Source: Spirochaetia bacterium
GTDB lineage: Bacteria; Spirochaetota; Spirochaetia; SZUA-6; Bin103
Reading direction: 5' to 3'
Length of the DNA stretch: 64,000 bases
NCBI GenBank assembly: GCA_965203515.1
Contig: OZ241907.1
Location: 2,048,001-2,112,000 of the forward strand
Below are positions 12,266 to 19,333 of the stretch, piece after piece; within the stretch, counting starts at the first letter, position 1, and each line of letters starts with the position of its first letter. The notes below the pieces were generated by a model, which saw only the letters and a program-made list of their open reading frames with translations, had not been told where the DNA came from and ran no database searches. Position numbers and translations under genes: made by a program.

Positions 12266-12364
12266 GACGCGCTACCAGATTCGCCGACAGATCACAAACA
12301 TGGAAGTAGTGCCTGCAAAGTCCCCGCGATCATCCTATTGCATCCCCTCGTTTGCCGTTTTATT

Positions 12365-12404
12365 GGGTCCCGGCTTTTAAATCGATCGTCTAGAGCCGGG
12401 ACCC
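12365..12404. other. Stem-loop without a U tail
   Basis: GGGTCCCGGCT...AGCCGGGACCC, perfect 11-bp stem. Confidence 0.6.
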
Positions 12405-12464
12405 GAAACGGTTCTCCCGTCACGACAGCTCCTCGTCTGTTTCCGTCCACAGTGTGTCGGCTGC

Positions 12465-12861
12465 GGCATGCCGCGGCTGATCAACCGCATCGCCCATTAC
12501 GCCCTGTCGGCCTGTGCGCTCGCCAACGAGCGGCGCGTCACCGCCGATCACCTGCAGCACGCCCTCGACGACCTGCAGCCATGAACGCAGCACCTCCGGG
12601 CACTGCCGGTCCGGCGCCGCCGTGGTCCGTGGTCCGTTGCCCGGCGCGCCGAGACCGGCGCCCAACTCCGCGCCGGACGCCACGCCAGCGCCGGCCGGCG
12701 CTACCAGGCAGCCGCACGTCCCTGCGGTGACGACGATGACCTGCCGGCCTGCAGTTCGCTGTCCCGCATTCATTCACATGACGGGATTGTCCGGGAAACC
12801 CCGAGTCTATCAACGCGATTTATTCCGGGATTCCAGTGACGAGATTATGTGAGAAACAACA
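12465..12861 (+). mobile_element. Remnant right end of an ExeA/AAA-ATPase-carrying transposon
   Basis: GMPRLINRIAHYAL...VTADHLQHALDDL (ExeA-like C-terminus, stop 12584) and a terminal ...GAGAAACAACA; a high-GC patch within low-GC DNA. Confidence 0.55.
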
Positions 12862-12868
12862 GGGGCAC

Positions 12869-13070
12869 TCACGACGCGCTATTCGATTCGCCAACAGAGC
12901 TCAGCATGTAGAAGAGATCCTCCAAATTTGACGGCCTGACGATCTTCTGAGACAGGGCCATTTCAGAAATGGCTGTTTCGACGTGCCGATTGACAACTTC
13001 GTCTGAAACCACGATTCGCAAGCCTCCGAGCACTCGACCGGTCCATGTTATCCCCGGAATCTTCGAAATT
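12869..13070 (-). pseudogene. C-terminal fragment of an ABC-2 exporter ATP-binding subunit
   Basis: IVRPSNLEDLFYML C-terminal motif; low GC; fused to the Mod gene junction. Confidence 0.65.
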
Positions 13071-14703
13071 CGTTCGGGTTGCGCGCCACGTCCTCCGCGC
13101 TCAGCGCGCGCAGCCGGTAGTAGTCGAACCGGGCGGTCATCAGCCGGTGCTTGGCCAGCGTCAGCGCCACCCGGCTGGTGTCGGTGGTGATCCAGCGCCG
13201 CCCCCACTGCTCGGCGACATAGGCCGTCGTGCCGCTGCCGCAGGTCGGATCAAGCACCAGATCGCCGGGGTCCGTGGTCATCAACAGGCAGCGTTCGATG
13301 ACCTTCGAGTTAGTTTGCACGACATATAATTTGGGATCGCCGTATCCAGCAATACCAGTATCTGTCCACACGTTGTTGAACGGAAAAACGGGAAAGTTGT
13401 CGGCGTATCTGACATAGCTGAGCGTGTTTCCAACAAGAATCAGCTTTCCCGAATTTCTTAATCTTTCCAGTCCTTCCGGGGATGTCTTCCAGTGACTGTT
13501 TCGACCAGGATTGAGTATTCTATCCTCGAAAACGAAGTCGGCACTTGTGCTGGTCGAGCCCTGTGAATCCATGCCTCCTGCCTTGAACAGCCTCACCTGT
13601 TCCGGAAGCCCCCCATTTTCAATGTCAGTCTTGGCAATTCTCCTTCTGAAACCGTCCGGAAACTCGATGTAGTCATAGCCTCGTCGTTCCGAGCCGCTTG
13701 AGCTCGGGTTTTGAAACAGTTGTCGATATTTCATGTTCTCTCTATCGCGAGAAAACCATAGGATATAGTCGACAACATTATCGAGACGATCGCTGCTGAA
13801 CCCGCTTGTCTTTACAAACGAAATCACGGAAACGAAGTTCTCCGTGCCGAATACCTCGTCCATCATGCAACGCACGCGGTGCAGGTTCTCGTCGCTGATC
13901 TGGACGAAGATGCTGCCGGTGTCGCTGAGCAGCTCGCGCGCCATCGCCAGCCGGTCGCGCAGGTAGGCCAGGTAGGAGTGGACGCCCAGCGTCCAGGTGT
14001 CGCGGTACGCCTTGACCATCTCCGGCTCGCGGGTCAGGTCCTGCCGGCGGTCCTTGACGTCGCGCTGGCCGAGCTGCGGCTGGAAGTTGGAGGCGAACCT
14101 GATCCCGTAGGGCGGGTCGACGTAGATCATCTGCACCTTGCCGGCCAAGTCTTCGCGGCGGGCGAGGCTGGCCATCACCTGCAGCGAGTCGCCGAGGATC
14201 ATCCGGTTCGCCCAGTCCACGTCGTGGCGGTAGAACTGCACCGCCCGGGCGTAGTCGAGCTGCGGGTCGGCGAACAGGTCGCGCTGCGCGTCCTGCCGCT
14301 TGAGCACTCGCAGGATCGCCTGCGTGGAGACCCGCTCGTGCATGTGCAGCGCCACCGGATCGACCTCGAACCACGGCCGCTCCCGCTTGCCGCTCCACTC
14401 CAGCCACGGCTCATGCCGGCGCAGCGCGGCCGCCAGCAGCTCCGCCTCGTCTTCGGAGAGCGCCCGCTGCCGCGCCGCCGCCAGCAACTCCGGCAGCCGG
14501 TCCTCGGCCGCCGCGTCCGGCGCGGAGCGCAGCGCCGGCGGCAGATGCGGGTTGTAGTCGTACCGCACCGTCGGCGTCTCCCGGACCACCCCCTGCGCCT
14601 CCAATCCCGCCGGCGGAATGTTCTTCCGCTTCGCCGGATACGTGATCGACGCAACGGCGCCCGCCTCACCGCTGCCGCTCGCCGCGGCCTTCCTACGCGC
14701 CAT
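13048..14703 (-). pseudogene. Type III Mod-like N6/N4 DNA methyltransferase, C-terminally truncated
   Basis: RMILGDSLQVM, MIYVDPPYG, GSIFVQISDEN, TTDPGDLVLDPTCGSGTTAYVAEQWGRRW; runs into foreign sequence at about 13070. Confidence 0.85.
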
Positions 14704-14729
14704 GACCTATCCTCGGCTCCTCGGTCGCG

Positions 14730-15311
14730 TTAAATCGATTCAGGTGCAAGATTCCGATATGCGGTCGTCTCTATTTTTTCGAAGACCGGCTCGTTCCGCT
14801 TCACGACACTCTTCTTAGCGGCTCGTGTATGTCGTCTGCGCAGTAACAACAATGCAAACTGCACGGTCGTCCAGAAAAGGAACACAGGTGACGTCCACAT
14901 CATGTAATTTAATATCGCCACGGGAATGCCATCCCATATATCGACCGCCTTGTTACGGGTGTATTCATCGGGTATCTTCTTGATGCTTCCCGTAATCCGC
15001 TCAATGGGCTCAACGTCCGTTTCGATATTCTGGATACGTTCTCCTATCCGTACCAGTACAATAAATGAGAACGAGACGCGGTGGGCGAATTGCAGCATAC
15101 CGCACAAGGACTGCTCTACAGACCGATACAGCGGGCTGTCGAACTGAATCGTCGAACTGGGATCGAGAGCAAGATCGAACCATCTCTCTCGCAGATGAAA
15201 GAGATGGTCCCGAAATATATCCAAACGCAGTCGGCGCCACAGGAAATAGATCAGGAAAAGAAGAGCAACTCCGGCCGTTGTCGTCAGCGCTACGATCGCG
15301 TGATCCATCAT
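14730..15311 (-). CDS. Hypothetical membrane protein
   Basis: N- and C-terminal hydrophobic helices; GGAGG RBS; low GC. Confidence 0.7.
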   Translation of the reverse strand: MMDHAIVALTTTAGVALLFLIYFLWRRLRLDIFRDHLFHLRERWFDLALDPSSTIQFDSPLYRSVEQSLCGMLQFAHRVSFSFIVLVRIGERIQNIETDVEPIERITGSIKKIPDEYTRNKAVDIWDGIPVAILNYMMWTSPVFLFWTTVQFALLLLRRRHTRAAKKSVVKRNEPVFEKIETTAYRNLAPESI

Positions 15312-15711
15312 TCGTCCTCCCTCCGTGTTGAACCGGTCCGATTCAGGCGACTGGATTGTCGATCATTATCGAGTTCTTTTTCCAGAGACTTGACACGTCT
15401 ACTAAGACGCTTACCTTCGTAACCCTAATTCTTCGCTCCGTTAATCCATATACGATACCTGCTATCCCTATGCATAGAAAAATAATGCCTCTAACAGAAG
15501 TATTCTTAATGACGTCGAATACTACGTTTATGTCTGCGTCAGTATCAAGGCCAGCAAGACTGTCTATCGAAAGAAAGACGAACCAAAAAGGAATGATTGT
15601 AGCTGTGGCTGTCATGAGATACTTGAATATTTTCGTAATCGTGCTGGACCAAACTTCGGTCCGTTGTCGTCGATACTCCAGTATCTCCCTGTTCAACTTG
15701 AACTTCGACAT
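15308..15711 (-). pseudogene. Two-TM hypothetical protein with a 1-nt frameshift near 15410
   Basis: The alternative frame gives KRLSRRVKSLEKELDNDRQSSRLNRTGSTRREDE*, whose stop overlaps the next ATG (ATGA). Confidence 0.6.
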
Positions 15712-16034
15712 GCCAGATCACACGCTCACGGCGCCAACGTACCCGTCGCGCGCTGCCTCGTCAACGTTGCGGCATGCACGTACGTAGCACGATTCGCCCG
15801 CCGGCGCGACTGTTCGGCAGCGTCGGTTGTTCAATTTCGGTCCCGATAGTATCGAAAGCTTCAATCGCGCGTCATCCAGGATCACAGACAGCTCCTGCCC
15901 GCGATGTATCCTTCCCACTGGGCGTTGTCGAGGCGACACCCTCCTTCCAGGATAGGGACGGAACCGCTGGCGCCACGCGAACAGAGTAGCGGCGGGGGGT
16001 GTTAGTGGTACCTGACGTCCGGTACCGGGCCGGC

Positions 16035-16301
16035 TCACTCGGCGCGGCCGGCGCCATTGTCGTCGAACTGCTGCTTGAGGCGCCGGAACGCAGCTTCGTC
16101 GATGCCGGTGGCCGCCTCGATGGTCGACCACGGTACATCGCGTTCCAAGAGTCCCCGGATAGTTTGCATCTGTCCCCTAAGCTCGCCTTCCCGGTGGCCT
16201 TCCCGGTGGCCTTCCCGGCGGGCCTCTTGGCGGGCCGCCCGGATGCCTTCCCGGATGCCTTTCCGGATGCCCTCGTCGATCATCTCATGCACGTAGGTCA
16301 T
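16035..16301 (-). CDS. Putative internal RpnS small protein (88 aa)
   Basis: Strong in-gene RBS GGAGGAGAGG immediately before the in-frame ATG at 16301. Confidence 0.55.
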   Translation of the reverse strand: MTYVHEMIDEGIRKGIREGIRAARQEARREGHREGHREGELRGQMQTIRGLLERDVPWSTIEAATGIDEAAFRRLKQQFDDNGAGRAE

Positions 16302-17091
16302 TACCTCTCCTCCTCGGCCCGGCACGGTCCGCCGCAGCGCCTCCGCGAACGCCCGCTGCTGCTCATTCGACTTCAGCGCCAGCAGCACGTACTCCACGTG
16401 CAGCGCCACCCCGTCCAATCCTGCGGCCCGATACCGCTTCCACCAACCGTACCAATTGGTTGAACAACTCCTCCCGGCCCGCGCGGCGGAACTCGGCCAT
16501 GAACGCGAGCTGCGCCAGCCGCGCGCCCGGCGTCCCCTCCACCGACTCCGGGTTCTGCTCGGTCTGGTCGATCAGCAGGTGCTCGAACCGCGGCACCCAA
16601 CCCCGGTCGGGCTCCGCGCCCGCCACCAACTCCGCGAACTGCCGCGGGAATCTCCATGGTTCCGCTCCCTGATAGAATACCACCGGCACGATCAGCGGCA
16701 ACTGCGGCTCCTGCTCGTGATCCCGGTGCCAATCCATCCAGACCATCAGGCAGTAGTGCAGCAACCGCAGCGGCATCCAGCGGTCGGGCGTGGACTGATG
16801 CTCCAGCAGCACGTACACGAGCGCCGGGGGACCGGAATCCGCGCGCTCGACGGAGAACAGCAGGTCGGCCTCGCGTCCGCGCCAATCGTCACTGACGTAG
16901 CGGCCGGGCAGGTGGGTGAGGGTGGACCACCGCAGCGTGCTGACGAGTTCCTGAGGCAGATAGGAGCGCAACAGGCCGGCGGCGTTCTCGGGGTCGGAGA
17001 ACACGCCGTAGAAGTACTTGTCGTGCCGCTGGCTGATCGGCGGCTGCGACTCGGCGGACTGCGGTTGGTCCGTTGCGTGATCGTCGGCCAT
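16035..17091 (-). pseudogene. Rpn-family (YhgA-like) recombination-promoting nuclease, frameshift at about 16435
   Basis: HDKYFYGVFSD, ADLLFSV, YVLLEHQSTPDRWMPLRLL, LPLIVPVVFYQG; C-terminal EGIRKGIREG/EGHREG repeats and IEAATG. Confidence 0.9.
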
Positions 17092-17102
17092 GCGGCCCGG
17101 CG

Positions 17103-17131
17103 ACCGTAGCCGCGCCCTACTCGGGCGTCAA
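17103..17131 (-). promoter_or_regulatory. Sigma70-type promoter of rpn
   Basis: TTGACG-N17-TACGGT on the minus strand, just upstream of ATG 17091. Confidence 0.55.
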
Positions 17132-17135
17132 GGCA

Positions 17136-17404
17136 TCAAGATGTCTGTGCCCCTTTCGCCGCGCCGCCGCGCGGGTAGACGTGACAGCCGGTAACGTCAC
17201 CGTCCCGTTCGCACAGGCGGCGCACGAACGAAGCCAGCGAACTCTTGCCGATGCCCCGTTCGCCGGTAATGAACCCGATCTTGAACACGCCGCGGTCGGC
17301 GGCGCGCACCAAGCCGCGCAGGCGTTCGATCGCGTCGAGCCGCCCTACGAACAGCTCGGCCGGGACCGGTTGGCCTGGCCGGAATGGACTCGATTCAGGC
17401 GTCA
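17136..17404 (-). pseudogene. N-terminal fragment of a P-loop (STAND/AAA-like) ATPase
   Basis: SPFRPGQPVPAELFVGR...ITGERGIGKSS, then loss of sense after about 75 aa. Confidence 0.7.
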
Positions 17405-17489
17405 CTCGCAGCAGCTTAAGCCGAGCGGGCGGCAGGTGTCTATCAGGTACGGCGGTGCGGTCAGCCGCCGCCCGCACCGGCGGACAGAA

Positions 17490-17620
17490 TCGACGACGAG
17501 GCAGCGCTCGGCCAGCGGCCACACTTCGATGCCGCCCTGGTACTCGCGCCGGTCGCCGCCGTACAGCAGGAAGCGCCTAGCCGAGGGTAGTCGCGGACGA
17601 AAACAGGCGCAGTCCCGCAC
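17490..17620 (-). pseudogene. C-terminal fragment resembling DUF4143-type ATP-binding proteins
   Basis: RRFLLYGGDRREYQGGIEVWPL. Confidence 0.4.
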
Positions 17621-17677
17621 CGTCCTCGCGCAGGCGCCCGGCGTTCACCTTCGGGTGCACGCCGCGCAGAGGAGACC

Positions 17678-17706
17678 TTGACGCCATAGCCGGTGCGCTG
17701 TACGCT
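17678..17706 (+). promoter_or_regulatory. Sigma70-type promoter of the peptidase-TA operon
   Basis: TTGACG (17678-83), N17, TACGCT (17701-06). Confidence 0.6.
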
Positions 17707-17773
17707 CCCGTGCAGCGGACCGGATCACCAGCGATGGTCATCCTGCTCCGAGTCGTTACATGGAGGGAAGCGC

Positions 17774-18580
17774 ATGTCCCTGGCCGTAGTCGTTAAGGGT
17801 CCCGAAGGCTTGGTGCTGGCGGCAGATACTCGAGTAACGGTTACCGCCCAGCGGACCGGCACCCCAAGTCCGATTATCCTGAACTATGACAATACGACCA
17901 AGGTGCTCAGTTTCTCGGCACCTCATGCCTGGGTCGGCGCGGTGACCTACGGTGAAGCGTTGATCGGCACCAGAACCGCTCACAGCTTTGTCCCGGAGTT
18001 GGAACTGAAGCTGTGCGGCCAGAGGCATACTGTCTTCGACTATGCGCAGCTTCTTAGCGATTTCTACCGAAGCCGTTGGGAAGATGCCGGCTTGCCGTCC
18101 GGAACACCGAATGGCGGCATGTCGTTTATCGTCGGAGGATATGATGAGAACTCTCCGTATGGCACAGTGTTTCTCTTCAATATACCGAATGCTCCTGAAC
18201 CCGAGCCGCGAAACAATCCCGACTTCGGGATGACGTGGGGCGGACAACTTGAAATAACCAGTCGCATCATTCACGGCTATGACCCTCTACTCTTTCCGCT
18301 CATACGCGAACGGCTCAATATGCCGGATGAAGCGATCAGGTCTCTGGAGGATGCCATCAAGCCTCGTTTCGAGTATACCATACCGTACGACGTACTTCCT
18401 CTACAGGACTGCGTAGATCTTGCCATCTTCCTGATAAGGACCACTATTACCGCTCAGAATCTCGCGATTGGGATGCGAGGGGTGGGAGGCGCCATAGAGG
18501 TCGCGACGGTAACCAGGACAGGCGGACTGAAGTGGATTCAGAGAAAGGAGATTCACGGAGAAAACCTATGCTCCCACTGA
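17774..18580 (+). CDS. Proteasome beta-subunit-like Ntn-hydrolase (putative Ser1 nucleophile)
   Basis: GGAGG RBS; M-SLAVVVKGPEGLVLAADTRVT, conserved K (NTTKV), FIVGGYD, PLQDCVDLAIFLI, GVGGAIEVATVT. Confidence 0.75.
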   Translation: MSLAVVVKGPEGLVLAADTRVTVTAQRTGTPSPIILNYDNTTKVLSFSAPHAWVGAVTYGEALIGTRTAHSFVPELELKLCGQRHTVFDYAQLLSDFYRSRWEDAGLPSGTPNGGMSFIVGGYDENSPYGTVFLFNIPNAPEPEPRNNPDFGMTWGGQLEITSRIIHGYDPLLFPLIRERLNMPDEAIRSLEDAIKPRFEYTIPYDVLPLQDCVDLAIFLIRTTITAQNLAIGMRGVGGAIEVATVTRTGGLKWIQRKEIHGENLCSH

Positions 18581-18819
18581 ACGATACGGCAAGTACGAAA
18601 GACTGGTACGATGGCGCCGGATGGACCATTATTCCGGGCTATGTCATCGGCGCAGAAACGGGAGGATTCGAGCTCGTACATCACGGCGAGCACGATCAGG
18701 AGCTTGCCGAAGACCTGGCCGTCGCTGAGCGGGCGTTGGATGAGCACGGAAAGAAGGGAATCGAAGACACCGTATCATATCACGAGTACCGGACCAATCG
18801 ACTTGAGACCGAGCCTTGA
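18568..18819 (+). CDS. Putative antitoxin
   Basis: 83 aa, acidic; EDLAVAERALDE...TVSYHEY resembles RelE-partner antitoxin C-termini; overlaps both neighbours. Confidence 0.65.
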   Translation: MLPLNDTASTKDWYDGAGWTIIPGYVIGAETGGFELVHHGEHDQELAEDLAVAERALDEHGKKGIEDTVSYHEYRTNRLETEP

Positions 18820-19069
18820 GTATGAAATCCGGATGGATGCTCACGCTGCACGGGACCTTCGCCGTCTATCCCATGCAGACTACATACGAGTAGACAAGCG
18901 CATTTGTTCACTCGGAACGAATCCTCGTCCACTGGGAGTGACCAAGCTTCGAGATAAGGTACATCGTATACGGGTTGGCCCTTGGAGAGTGATCTACTTG
19001 ATCGACGATGCCAACCGTACGGTAGTGATAAACGCTGTCCGTCGTCGAGAGAAGGACACCTACCGATGA
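18803..19069 (+). CDS. RelE/ParE-family toxin
   Basis: YEIRMDAHAARDLRRL...NPRPLGVTKL...HRIRVGPWRVIYLIDD...INAVRRREKDTYR; TTG start 18803 (alternative ATG 18833). Confidence 0.88.
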   Translation: MRPSLEYEIRMDAHAARDLRRLSHADYIRVDKRICSLGTNPRPLGVTKLRDKVHRIRVGPWRVIYLIDDANRTVVINAVRRREKDTYR

Positions 19070-19333
19070 CTTGGCTCGCCGGTCCTTTCGACGTACCTGC
19101 CGGCTTGGCGCTGCGTGGTGATCGGGCAGGGTCGTCGAGGCGTCGCCTGCCGGCTCGACCATCCGGCCGTCGAGCATCTGCCACACCCGTCCCGGCCGGA
19201 CGTGTCGAACGCGGCAAGCCCCCGACGGGACCCGACGTTGGTCACCGGCCGGCGATTCCGATACCCTTCCGGTTCACCTGCGAAACGCCGCGCCCCGTGC
19301 CGGCGTTTCGGCCTGACGGGAGTGTAAGAAGAG

